Shown here in pieces: positions 13,690 through 25,682 of a DNA stretch of 64,000 bases (positions are counted from its first letter, which is position 1; every line of letters begins with the position of its first letter). The translations under genes and the position numbers were made by a program. The notes under the pieces are model-generated. The model saw nothing but the letters and a program-made list of their open reading frames with translations. It was not told the DNA's origin and did not search any database. The DNA is from Octopus vulgaris (Eukaryota), in NCBI GenBank assembly GCA_951406725.2, contig OX597814.1, forward strand, positions 185,442,001-185,506,000. Reading direction: 5' to 3'.

Positions 13690-14660
13690 TTGATGGTGGT
13701 GGTGGTGGTTGTGGTGGTGGTGGTATGTTATGTGTGGTAGAGGTAGATAATGGTAGTGAAGGAGCCTATGATGTTGCATGTGGTGATGTTGGTGATTATG
13801 GTTGTGGTAGTGGTCGTGATGGTGGTGGTTGTGTTAGTGGTGGTGGTGGTGGTGGTGATAGTGGTATGTTGTGTGTGGCGGGGAGTGGATAATGGTAGTG
13901 AAGGGGCCTAAGATGTATGTGGTGATGGTGGTGATAGTAGTTGTGGCAGTGGCAGTGGTGGTGGTAGTGGTGGTAGAGGTGGTGGTATGTGTTGATGATG
14001 ATAATGATGGCATCTGTGAGAGTGATAGTGGTGGTGGCAGTGGTGGTAGTGGCAGTGATGGTGTTGGTGGTGGCAATGGTAATAGTGATGATGTTCATGG
14101 TGATGTTGATTAGTGGATGTCATCAAGGTGGTTGTGTTTGGTGATGGAGGTGGTGATGACAGTGGATATGGTGACAGTCACCATAGTAACAATGGTGTTC
14201 TTTTGTTTTTGCAGTGGTTATTGATGGTGGTGACAATAGTGGTAATGGTAATGATAATGGTGGTAGTGTTGGTGGTGGTGTTGGTGGAGTGATTGCAATG
14301 GTGGTGGTGATGGGGGTATTGGTGGTGTTGGTGATGATTGCAGTGATGGCAGTAGTGGTGAATGCAGTGGTGATGGTAATTGTAGTGGTGCTGGTTATGG
14401 TGGTTGTAGTGGCGGTGCTGGTAGTGGTGGTGGTGGTGCTGTTGGTGCTTGTGCTGGTGCTGGTGGCAGTGGCAGAGTGCGGTGGCAGAGTGCGGTGAGG
14501 TGTGGTTGTGGTGGTTGTGGTGGTGGTGGTGGTGGTAGTGCTGGTGGTGGTGGTAATGGCAGGGGTAGTGCTGGTGTTGATGGTGGTAGAGGCGGTGATG
14601 ATAGTGATGATGGTGATGGTGGTGGCGTTGCTTGTTGTCATCCTCGTTGTCATAGTGATG
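13690..14660. repeat. (GGT/GAT)n low-complexity tract
   Basis: Direct reading. Confidence 0.9.
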
Positions 14661-15007
14661 AAGTATATTATAATTCAGAATTAAGACATTTTTAAAGAAA
14701 AATATGGCAATGAATGAAAGTATATGCTTGTCGGCATGTATGTGCATGCATGTGTGAGTATGTATACATGTGTGTATGCATGTGAGGGTGTCTATTTGTA
14801 TGTGAATGTATGTGTAAGTGTGTATGTGTGTGTGAATGCATGTACACATGTGGTGTCAGTGTATGCATGTGTGTGTTTGTGTACATGTGTGCATGTATGT
14901 AAATACGTATGTGCATATCTGTGTTTGTGTCCCTCTGTGTGCATGTGCGTGTGTGTGTGTGTACATGTAATATTCCAAAATTTAAGAATTGGAAAAGAAA
15001 AATTTTA

Positions 15008-15413
15008 GGCACAGGAGTGGCTGTGTGGTAAGTAGCTTGCTTACCAACCACATGGTTCTGGGTTCAGTCCCATTGCATGGCAGCTTGGGCAAGTGTCTTC
15101 TACTATAGCCTCGGACCGAGCAAAGCCTTGTGAGTGGATTTGGTAGACGGAAACTGAAAGAAGCCCATCATATATATGTATTTATGCATGTATGTGTGTG
15201 CATATGTTTGTGTGTCTGTGTTTGTCCCCCTACCCAACATCGCTTGACAACCAATGCTGGTGTGTTTATGTCCCCATAACATTAGCGGTTCGGCAAAGGA
15301 GACCGATAGAATAAGAACTAGGCTCACAAAGAATAAGTCCTGGGATCGATTTGCTCGACTAAAGACAGTGCTCCAACATGGCCACAGTCAAATAACTGAA
15401 ATGAGTAAAAGAG
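15008..15413 (+). mobile_element. SINE family A, full length
   Basis: Head, internal microsatellite, body and tail. Confidence 0.9.
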
Positions 15414-15692
15414 TATGTTCTGAGTTCAAATCTTGTTAAATTCATATATATATTTATATATATATATATTGTATTGGTATTGGCATCCTTTCTGTCTCGG
15501 GAGACAATGGAGTTGCGCATGAAGTAGTCTAGTCCGGCTTTTATATTTCATGTCCTGATACATTTCCTGCTGTGACTGTGTAGTCCTATCCTGGACAATA
15601 ACTCCCTCTGGCAGGTACCGCAAATGTAGCGAAGACTGTTCCTGGCTGGTTGTAGTGCCATAGGCTGGTTGTAGTGCCATATATATATATAT

Positions 15693-18128
15693 ATCATCAT
15701 CATCATCATCATCATTTAACGTCCGCTTTCCATGCTAGCATGGGTTGGACGGTTCAACTGGGGTCTGGGGAGCCCGAAAGCTGCACCAGTCCAGTCAGAT
15801 CTGGCAGTGTTTCTACAGCTGGATGCCCTTCCTAACGCCAACCACTCCGAGAGTGTAGTGGGTGATTTTATGTGCCACCGACACAGGTGCCAGACGAGGC
15901 TGGCAAACGGCCACGCTCGGATGGTGTTTTTTATGTGCCACCGACACAGGTGCCAGACGAGGCTGGCAGACGGCCACGCTCGGATGGTGTTTTTATGTGC
16001 CACCGACACAGGTGCCAGATGAGGCTGGCAAACGGCCACGATCGGATGGTGCTTGTTACGTGCCCACAGCACGGAGGCCAGTCGATGCGGTACTGGCTAC
16101 GGCCACGTTCGGATGGTTTTCTTGTGTGCCACGTGCCACCGGCACTGGTACCACAAAGATACAAATTCCATTGATGTTCATCTATTTTGATTTGTTTTGA
16201 TTTTCACTTGCCTCAACAGGTCTTCACAAGTGTCACAAGAAGGAAGGTATGCACAGGTGGACTGACTACGTCCCAGGTAGGGGCCATGGGTTATGGCCTG
16301 ACTAGTCTTGCCGGGTCTTCGGATGGTGTTTTTATGGGCCACCGACACAGGTGCTAGATGAGGCTGGCGAACGGCCACGATCGGATGGTGTTTGTCATGT
16401 GCCCACCGCACTGACTACAGCACTGATGGATTTCTTGTGTGCCACAGGCACTGGTACCACAAGATACAAATTCCATTGATGTTCATCTATTTTGTCTATT
16501 TTGATTTGATTTGATTTGATTTTCACTTGCCTCAACCGGTCTTCACAAGTGTCACAAGAAGGAAGGTATGCACAGGTGGACTGACTAGTCTTGCCGGGTC
16601 TTCAGAAGGTGTTTTTATGTGCCACCGACACAGGTGCCAGATGAGGCTGGCGAACGGCCATGATCGGATGGTGTTTGTTACGTGCCCACAGCACGGAGGC
16701 CGGTCGATGCGGAACTGGCTACGGCCACGTTCGGATGGTTCTCTTGTGTGCCACCGGCACTGGTACCACAAAGATACAGATTCCATTGATGTTCATCTAT
16801 TTTGATTTGTTTTGATTTTGATTTTCACTTGCCTCAACAGGTCTTCACAAGTGTCACAAGAAGGAAGGAATGCACAGGTGGACTGACTACGTCCCAGGTA
16901 GGGGCCATGGGTTATGGCCTGACTAGTCTTGCCGGGTCTTCGGATGGTGTTTTTATGTGCCACCGACACAGGTGCTAGATGAGGCTGGCGAACGGCCACG
17001 ATCGGATGGTGTTTGTCATGTGCCCACAGCACGGAGGCCAGTCGATGCGGTACTGGCTACGGCCACTTTCGGATGGTTTTCTCTTGTGTGCCACCGGCAC
17101 TGGTACCACAAAGATACAAATTCCATTGATGTTCATCTATTTTGATTTGTTTTGATTTGATTTTGATTTTGATTTTCACTTGCCTCAACAGGCCTTCACA
17201 AGTATCACAAGGAGGAAGGTATGCACAGGTGGACTGACTACGTCCCAGGTAGGGGCCATGGTTTATGGCCTGACTAGCCTTGCCGGGTCTTCGGATGGTG
17301 TTTTTATGTGCCACCGACACAGGTGCTAGATGAGGCTGGCGAACGGCCACGACCAGATGGTGTTTGTTATGTGCCCACAGCACGATGGCCAGTGATGCGG
17401 TACTGACTACGGCCATGTTCGGATGGATTCTTGTGTGCCACCGGCACTGGTACCACAAGCGGTACTGACTACTTTTTATGTGCCACCGACACAGGTGCTA
17501 GATGAGGCTGGCGAACGGCCACGACCGGATGGTGTTTGTTATGTGCCCACAGCACGATGGCCAGTGATGCGGTACTGACTACGGCCACGTTCGGATGGAT
17601 TCTTGTGTGCCACCGGCACTGGTACCACAAGCGGTACTGACTACGGCCACGTTCGGATGGATTCTTGTGTCCCACCGGCACTGGTACCACAAAGATACAA
17701 ATTCCATTGATGTTCATCTATTTTGATTTGTTTTGATTTTCACTTGCCTCAACAGGTCTTCACAAGTGTCACAAGAAGGAAGGTATGTACAGGTGGACTG
17801 ACTACGTCCCAGGTAGGGCCCACGGGTTATGACCTGACTAGTCTTGCCGGGTCTTCGGATGGTGTTTTTATGTGCCACCAAGTTCCCACAGCACGGAGGC
17901 AAGTCGATGCGGTACTGGCTACAGCCACATTCGGATGGTTTTCTTGTGTGCCACAGGCACTGGTACCACAAAGATACAAATTCCATTGATGTTCATCTAT
18001 TTTGATTGATTTTCACTTGCCTCAGCAGGTCTTCACAAGTGTCACAAGAAGGAAGGTATGCACAGGTGGATCGACTACGTCCCAGGTAGGGGCCACGGGA
18101 TATGGCCTGACTAGTCCTGCCGGGTCCT
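15693..18128 (-). mobile_element. RTE 3' end followed by a tandem array of about 6 copies of its 3' UTR
   Basis: True 3' end and (CAT)n at 15693-15860; anchor ACTTGCCTCA at about 16206, 16525, 16827, 17178, 17742 and 18015; homologous to 55214-55470. Confidence 0.85.
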
Positions 18129-18169
18129 ATATATATATATACACATATATATATGTACATGTATACATG

Positions 18170-18450
18170 TATATGTTTGGGTGTCTGGGTTTTCTCCCAC
18201 CATCGCCTGACTACTGATGTTGGCATGTTTACATTCCTGTAACTTAGTGGTTCGGCAATAGAGACTCATAGAATAAGTATTAGACATACAGAGAATAAGT
18301 CCTGGGGTTGATTTGTTCAACTAAAGGCAATGCTCCAGCATGGCTACAGTCAAATAACTGAACCAAATAAAAGAGTAAAAGAATATATACTCTTTTACTC
18401 TTTTACTTGTTTCAGTCATTTGACTGTGGCCATACTGGAGCCCCACCTTC
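18170..18450. mobile_element. Two SINE family A tails joined tail to tail
   Basis: Plus-strand tail 18170-18386, then minus-strand tail 18387-18450. Confidence 0.85.
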
Positions 18451-18979
18451 ATTATACATATATATACACGCAGACATAGACATAAACATATATGTGTATA
18501 TATATATTACATTTTGTTTTTCCATGCTAAATGTCAAATTGCTTTTGGGAAATCTGGCAATTTCCATATTCCTTGAAACAAGTCACAGATGAATGTTCTT
18601 CCTGCTAGATGCAACTTAATCCACAAAGCGAGAGCGGAATAAAGTCAGTGGTAACCATCTGTATTTCGGCTTACAAACACAATAGCTATATCAACGATTG
18701 GATTTAGATTTCTGCTTTAAATTTAACTTGTATTTACTCAGTAATCCACCACATTAACATCACAACTACTGGAGCTTCTTTTGTTTGTTTTGTTTTTCAT
18801 TTGTTCAAAGAGAGAAAGGCGGTGACAATTTGCATCCCAAAAATGTTTTCATTTCTATTATTTTTTTTTTTTTTCAAAAGAAATCATTTGGAATAATTTC
18901 TTCAGAATTGCGAACCTCATATGTATATCATCAGCTCAATGAAACAAAATCATTAAAAGTAATAATAATAATAATCAAT

Positions 18980-19540
18980 TCTGGTTTTATTGGCCACAAG
19001 GGCTAACATAAATCAAAAACATGTAAGGACAAATACAGGACGAAGTAATAATAATAATAATCATAATAATAATAATAATAGGAAGAGGACAATACAAATC
19101 ATAATGATAACAATAATAGGAGTAGGAGGACAATACAAATAATAATAATAATAACCACTTCTTTATTGGCCACAAGGGCCAAACACACAACAAATAGGCA
19201 CAATACAAAACTGAGGATACTTGGAATTATTAAACAATAAAATAACAATGAGAATTAATAAATACTATTAAGCAAAAAAAATTCCCAAAGGCAGGGAGTT
19301 TCCTCACAAGGGCAACTGAGGAACCCTACACACCCTGGTTACCCTGACCACCAGATGAACCTCAGCAGGCACCTCCCTCCTCCTCAACTCCTCCAGTTTT
19401 CAAGTGGAAGTTCAGAGTAGGCCCATTTACATGGGCCATCCTTGCCACATTGACCTACCTTTCAGTAAAATTACTGGGTGGGGAGCAGAACTTCCATCCC
19501 CACCCTCTCTTTTTTTTTCAAGTGGAACTTGAAAAAGTCC
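18980..19540 (-). mobile_element. Probable L1/Tx1-like LINE 3' end (decayed ORF2 C-terminus plus 3' UTR)
   Basis: Minus strand reads FFKFHLKKKERVGMEVL, frameshift, then FTER*VNVARMAHVNGPTL; 3' end CCCTTGTGGCCAATAAA occurs twice, next to (TAA)n; clade assignment from recalled motif similarity only. Confidence 0.45.
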
Positions 19541-20837
19541 AACTTTGCTGATAATCCATTAATTGTTTCAAGATTTAGTCTTTCAAAATTTCTTAAGCGA
19601 ATTATATATAGCATTCGTATAAAAGAAGTGAAGAAAATGTTGGCTGTTTGACTATTCTAAATCTTAATTCTATTTTGCAAATGAGTTTACTTTTGATTGC
19701 AAATATAAAACCGAAACATACAGGGGAAAATTAAAGGAAGAAAAGAAACTGATTAAGAAAGAAACAAACAAAACTTACAACCATTATTTCTGATTATAAA
19801 TTCCTTAAAGAATAAAACCAAAACCAAAATAACCAACAAAACAAAAATATTTCTTTACTTTAGTTTCTTCAGTCAAGACAAGACTAGTTTGTTGAGAAAG
19901 TCTGATTAACTGGATTATACATTTGATAAATACAATCATGTGGAGAATTGCTTAGTAGGCAATTACATATCCAAACACCATCAAACACTAAATCATTGAT
20001 GAATGATTTTGAGGAACCAGATTTCAGCTTTAGCTAATTCTTTCATGTCACAGTTTGCTCGGTTTTATAAAACCTGAATCGCAAAATGTTAAAGAATATA
20101 AAACAAGTATTTAGTTTCTATGGAAACAAACAAATCCCATCAATGAAATGAGTAGATATTCTAGAACAAGGAACCGTTGCACAATCTACAAGATAAGGTA
20201 TTAATTAAGTTGTGAAACACAGGAAAATGAATTTAAGTCTTCTTGTTAAACGAGATCTCACGAAACTCGTTTATCTGTAACAAATTGATGTCAAACTGTG
20301 ATGAGGGACCAGGATTTATAGGGAAAGATTTATGTAATGGATTTATATTTAATTTTAAATAAAAACTGAAATTAGTATTTAAAATTAATGAGTGGTTTTT
20401 CAATCTATTTTGAGAATCAAGAACAAAGCCAATTTTTTTCCCAATGATAATTCTAATCAATGAAATCAATTAATTATAATTTTTATTTTTTCAGAGAAGA
20501 AAATGTCGTTGGATTATTATTAGAGCTTTGCACTAAATGCTTTACAGTTGCATACATCAGCATTTCAGCATTCTCAGTCTGGAACCAACAAGGTATTTTT
20601 CCCTTCCAGTACAAATAGTAGCAAAAAGAAAATCACTATTTTTGAATCTCAGAACCAGAAGTAAAAATCCAATTTCTACCCAACCCCTCCCATTCTCACC
20701 TTGCCCTATTTAACTACCTGTGCTGGTGCTCCATCAGTTACAATGACAGGTGTTCCAGATGATTTGATCAACAGCCACCTCGTGAAATTAAAATGCAAGG
20801 AGCTGAGCATCCTACAAACATGTGTACCCTTAATATA

Positions 20838-21392
20838 TTGGGTTGTCTGGAAAGTTCATGCCGATTTCTAAAGGAAAGAAAAAGGTCAATAAATACTTGC
20901 CATTATATTTTTAATCAACTAAATATGAACCATTTTCTTGCACAATGTGTCTCCATCTTTCCTTTAACTTGAAAATACCCTCTTCCCAGAATTGAGGTGG
21001 TTTCATGGCATAGAATTCATCATGGTAATTTTTTACATCATCCAAGGAATTGAAATTTTTACCATTAAGACTATTCTGCAGAGACCTGAATAAGTGGAAA
21101 TCCGAAGGAGCAATATCTGGTGAATATGGAGGGTGGAGTAACACATCCCAGCCGAACTGCAGCAATTTTTGTTTGGTTCCCAAAGTATCAAGTGCCAAAA
21201 ATGAACTTTCTTATCTTCCATTTTAAAGGGTTACAGAATTAACACAGGTTAATAAGAACATAAACCTTCTTCCACGAAAAGATAGCTTAAACTGTGCTCT
21301 AAATAGAGGTGTAGTCAAATCCTATTTTATGGACTCAACCATGTTCTAAAATAAGCTACTATAAATCGGCATGAACTTTCTGGACAACCCAA
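20838..21392 (-). mobile_element. Internally deleted mariner element with 30 bp TIRs and TA target duplication
   Basis: TIR TTGGGTTGTCTGGAAAGTTCATGCCGATTT versus its reverse complement at 21363-21392 (2 mismatches); TA on both sides. Confidence 0.95.
20911..21180 (-). pseudogene. Mariner transposase C-terminal remnant
   Basis: WDVLLHPPYSPDIAPSDFHLFRSLQNSL..GIFKLKERW..NGSY matches the mariner YSPDLAPSD motif. Confidence 0.95.
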
Positions 21393-21692
21393 TAGTTCTC
21401 AGAGAGATTCAGCATGATACAGAATGCAAAATGGCTGGCCCTTTGAATTACAGGTACAACTTATCTTTTTACCAACTGAGTGGACCGGAACAACATGAAA
21501 TAAAGAGTCTTGCTCAAGGATACATTGCACTGCCAGGAATTGAAATCACAACCTTATGATCTTAAGCTGAATATCCTAAATACCCTAACCACTTAGCCAG
21601 CTGCCTTCCAATACAGATGGATATGAGAAGAAAATCGTTTCATCGTAATTATTATTATTATTATTCAGATCACAGACTGGAATCAAACTCGA

Positions 21693-21720
<28 letters not shown>

Positions 21721-21723
<3 letters not shown>

Positions 21724-22186
21724 GTAACCATACTTTGGGATATGCTGATACACACAGATAGAGAAATTGAGGCCAACAGACCAGATATAGTTGTCAGAGA
21801 TCATTAAAAAAAAAAATGCTTTCTAATTGATGTATCAATACCAGCAGATGACGTGTCTCTAAAAGAAATGGAGAAACTTTCAAAATACAAAGACCTGGAA
21901 ATGGAGGTAACCAGAATGTGGAATCTGAAAACAGAAACAATTCCTATCATAGTAGGTGCATTAGGCATGATAAAAAAATATTCAGACAAATACATAACAA
22001 AAACACCAGGACTTACAAACACATATAACATACAGAAAATTGCACTACTAGGCACTGCACACATCCTACGCAGAACACTTTCCATACAATAACCATCAGA
22101 GCATCACAACAAATCACAGCACATACCCAAGGCACACAGAGCTGCGCTCGGTAGTGAAGTGAAAGCACGCTATAAAAATAAAACTA

Positions 22187-22190
<4 letters not shown>
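21721..22190 (+). mobile_element. 5'-truncated non-LTR retrotransposon with restriction-like endonuclease (R4/Dong-like), in (TAA)n
   Basis: One frame reads ILWDMLIHTDREIEANRPDIVVRDH*KKKCFLIDVSIP..KEMEKLSKYKDL..IPIIVGALG (PD..D..K endonuclease motif); (TAA)n on both flanks. Confidence 0.85.
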
Positions 22191-22229
<39 letters not shown>

Positions 22230-22231
<2 letters not shown>

Positions 22232-22385
22232 TACATTGAAAAATACCTTAGGAATGAGAACCCAGGTTCGAAATTTCCCCAAGACACCTGAAGAAGGCTG
22301 GAGGGTATATCAGCCAAAACGTTGTGTTAACAACAAACAAGATGAGGACAAATATCCATCGAATCTAAATAATGTACATAATTCC
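22230..22385 (+). mobile_element. Penelope-like terminal repeat fragment, second copy at 27525-27695
   Basis: Near-identical to 27541-27665 and contains a minimal hammerhead-like motif. Confidence 0.65.
22283..22328 (+). ncRNA. Minimal type I hammerhead ribozyme-like motif (core G12 changed to A)
   Basis: GACAC-CTGAAGA-A-GGCTG(loop)CAGCC-aAAAC-GT-T-GTGTT: stem I GACAC/GTGTT, stem II GGCTG/CAGCC, palindromic AACGTT stem III. Confidence 0.65.
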
Positions 22386-22749
22386 TTATCCCTTGAATAT
22401 AGAACTGTATCACTGCTTTATGTCCACAGATATTCCTTCCACCCTTCTTTAGATATCATGTAACCCCTCAAGAAAAACAAATCACAAAAATAAAAGAGAG
22501 TTAAATAAAGCGAGAGGGGAGGTAAACAACTGCCCAAAACAAAACAATGTAGGGTGGGGGAGCTAAGTTGTGTTAGTAGAGGAATCAAAAATCAATCGAA
22601 ACCATTCATTGTTATTGATATTCTTCTTACTTTACGATAAGTATAGCTTTATTGATCTATATATTTCGTATTCTTATACTGGTTTAAATTTTTTGATATT
22701 TTGTTAAATAATATTTTTTTATATTTTCATCTATTTACTATTTTAATAT

Positions 22750-24080
22750 TTTCTCTCTCCTTTAACCCTCTCTCATTCCCCTCTCTTTCTCCTTCTTTCT
22801 CCCTCTCTCTCCTCTCCCCTCTCACTCCCCCTCTTTCTCCCTGTTTCTCTCTCCCTCTCTCTCTCTCTCCCTCTCGCTCCCCCTCTCCTATCACTCTCTC
22901 TCTCTCTTCCTTTCCCATCACGCTCTCTCCCTATCCTATCGCTCTTTCTCTCTCTTTCCTATCGCTCTCTCTCCAATCACTTTCTCTCTTTCCCCTCTCA
23001 TGTCACTCTCTCTCCCCCTCCTATCACTCTCTCTTCCCTCTCCTCTCACTCTCCCTCCCCTCTCATTCACCCTCTTTCTCCCTTTTTCTCTCTCTCCTCC
23101 CTCTCCCTCTCTTTCTTCCTCTCTCCCCTCTCATTCCCCCTCTTTCTCCCTGTTTCTCTCTCCCTCTCCCTTCTCTTTCTCTGTCTCTCTCTCCCTCTCC
23201 TATCACTCTCTTCCCTCTCCTCTCACCCTCTCTACCCTCTCCTCTCACATTCTCTCCTCTCTCATTCCCCTCTTTCTCCCTGTTTCTCTCTCCCTCTCTC
23301 TCCTCTTTTCCCTCTCTCTCCTCTTTCCCCTCTCTCTCCTCTTTCCCCTCTCTCTCCCCTCTCCTTTCTACTGACCAACTTTTAAGCCAGCCCCTACCCA
23401 TTCCATTCCAGCTGATAAGCCCAAAATTCCCCTCTCTCACCCACCCCAGAACTATTGACCAGCTCCTAAGCACAGCATTCCTGCCCTACACATACACACC
23501 ACCACCACCACCAATACCCCAATCACTACAAGTCAGCTCTCACCCCTAACCCATCTATCTCCCTGAACTAGTGACCAGTTATCAAGTAATCTCCTGACCC
23601 CTTGGCCTCTTGCAATATACTAACCAACTACCAGCCCCAGTCCATGGTACTATTTGGCCAGCTTATAAGGCAACCAGCCCCACTAGCTTCCTTTCTCTCC
23701 CCTTTTCCTCTCCACCTCCCTTTCTATCTGTTTCTCTCTCTCCCTCTCTATCCCCACCTCCCTTTCTGTCTCTCTCTTTCTCCCTCTCTATCCCCACCTC
23801 CCTTTCTATCTGTCTGTCTCTCTCCCTTTTCTTCCCCACACCCCTTTCTATCTGTCTCTCTCTATCCCTCTCTATCCCCACCTCCCTTTCTGTCTGTCTC
23901 TCTCTCCCTCTCTATTCCTACCTCCCTTTCTGTCTGTCTCTCTCCCTCTCTATCCCCACCTCCCTTTCTGTCTCTCTCTTTCTCCCTCTCTCTTCTCACC
24001 TCCCTTTCTGTTTGTCTCTCTTTCCTTCTCTATCCCCACCCCTCTTTCTGTCCGTCTCTCTCCCTCTTTCTCTCCCTCCT
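22750..24080. repeat. Polypyrimidine (CT)-rich tracts with a TATCCCCACCTCCCTTTCT minisatellite
   Basis: Direct reading; nearly G-free strand at 22750-23370 and 23690-24080. Confidence 0.9.
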
Positions 24081-24339
24081 GCTGCTTCCATTTTTGTTAC
24101 TTCATCAATAAGATGGAATTATTTTCAAATGGGAAGTTCTGGATATGTGTGTATGTGCATGTGTGTACATGTGTGCGTGTGTGTGTGTGTGTGTTTTATT
24201 TGCATGCCCAACCACAATCTCCTCCCCATCTGCCATCACCCCATCCATACAAAATATAGCAGGGAAGGAGGGAAATGCTCATGGGAGGAGGTAAGTCATA
24301 TCGGCTTATTGATGGTGATGCTGATATTGATAATTGTCT

Positions 24340-24369
24340 TGCCGCTGCTGCTGCTACTACTACTACTAT

Positions 24370-24425
<56 letters not shown>

Positions 24426-24435
24426 TTGATGATGT

Positions 24436-24468
<33 letters not shown>

Positions 24469-24484
24469 CGACGACGACGACGAC

Positions 24485-24530
<46 letters not shown>

Positions 24531-24580
24531 GTGATGAAGATTATGGTGGTGGTGGTGGTGGTGGTGGTGGTGGTGTTGGT
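24340..24580. repeat. (GAT)n/(GGT)n microsatellite
   Basis: Direct reading. Confidence 0.95.
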
Positions 24581-24933
24581 GACAGCATGTGGTATGGGTG
24601 GTGGGTTTCTTGTCGAAAATCCAAGCGGAGTAGAGGAGAAACAGAGTAAAAACAATCTCAGATTTTTCGTAACAGCGAAAGATAGAAGGTGAGAGAGAAA
24701 AAGAGAAAGAATGAGAAAGAAAAATATAGAAAATAGCAATGATCTACCACAATCTCTACTCATCTCTGAACCCTTTCTTTCACAAACAGCTTCTCTTTCT
24801 CTCTCTCTCCCTCTCTCTTTCTTTCTCCTCTCTATCTATATATTTATCTACCTATCTATCTATCTGTTTGTCAATCTCTCTCTCCTCCAAGCCTCCTGGA
24901 TTCGATGCCAGTTTACTATTTTAATCTGCCCAT

Positions 24934-25682
24934 GGGATCTTTTCTGTTTTTCTGCACTTGTTGAAATTTTAAAATTAAGCTAAAGTTTTCAAATTTGGTG
25001 TATCGATGTAATTTTCCATGCTAGATCTCAGGAGATAACTCACTTGTTCAAAAAAAAAAATTCTTTGAAAACGTTACAGAGGTTTAAAGTTTGATCATTT
25101 TTACCCAATCGAGAAACAGGACTTAGAAGCGGTCATTTTGTGCGTCACTGCATTGCAACAATAACACGTTTTAATACCAAACTAAACAAATGAAATATTG
25201 GCAGAATTCTGTTTTATGCATGCTATATAACCCCTTGTAACTTTTTTAATTTTGGAATTTTGAGAAAATTTTTGCAAATTTATATTCTACACATGAGAAT
25301 TCATACAATTATGCAAAAGCCAAAGACAAAAAAATTGGTGCATGATTTAAAGCCTATTTAGCTGTTATTTTTAGCAAATCTCACGACCACCTCATACCTC
25401 TTGAGTATTAAGCATTTAATAAGTGACAAAAAGAACACATTGTAAGCAGCTTGATAACAGCTTGGCTTGTTATTATGGAAACAGACACCTCTATGTCTGC
25501 GGCTTTTGACAGGCTAAAATTACCCAAATTTTGCAAACTTTAAAAGGTATTAACTCTTTGTTTATTGATTTATGTCAAAAATGAATTTCATGTCAATAGT
25601 TACAATGCGAAACTACATCAATACACGAAATATGAAATCAAATGAAGATATTGAAAAGTGGTGGCCATGCAGAAAAGATCCC
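24934..25682. mobile_element. Non-autonomous TIR DNA transposon with GGG termini
   Basis: Perfect 13 bp TIR GGGATCTTTTCTG/CAGAAAAGATCCC; subterminal inverted repeat at about 24988-25014 versus 25611-25636; flanks GCCCAT and TCCCAT. Confidence 0.7.

Larger units (their letters stand above)
20718..21606 (-). mobile_element. tRNA-derived SINE family D, split by a mariner insertion
   Basis: ACATGTGTACCCTTAA..TAGTTCTCAGAGAGATTCAGCATGA is continuous across the mariner; homologous to 54574-54893. Confidence 0.7.

Noticed and set aside
15693-18128. Retrozyme interpretation of the tandem array
   Set aside because: No convincing hammerhead core found by eye in the unit; CTGTTGAGGCAAGTGAAA on the minus strand lacks a proper stem II
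22701-24692. 282 aa and 360 aa ORFs rich in Leu, Ser and Pro
   Set aside because: They arise from (CT)n tracts that cannot encode stop codons
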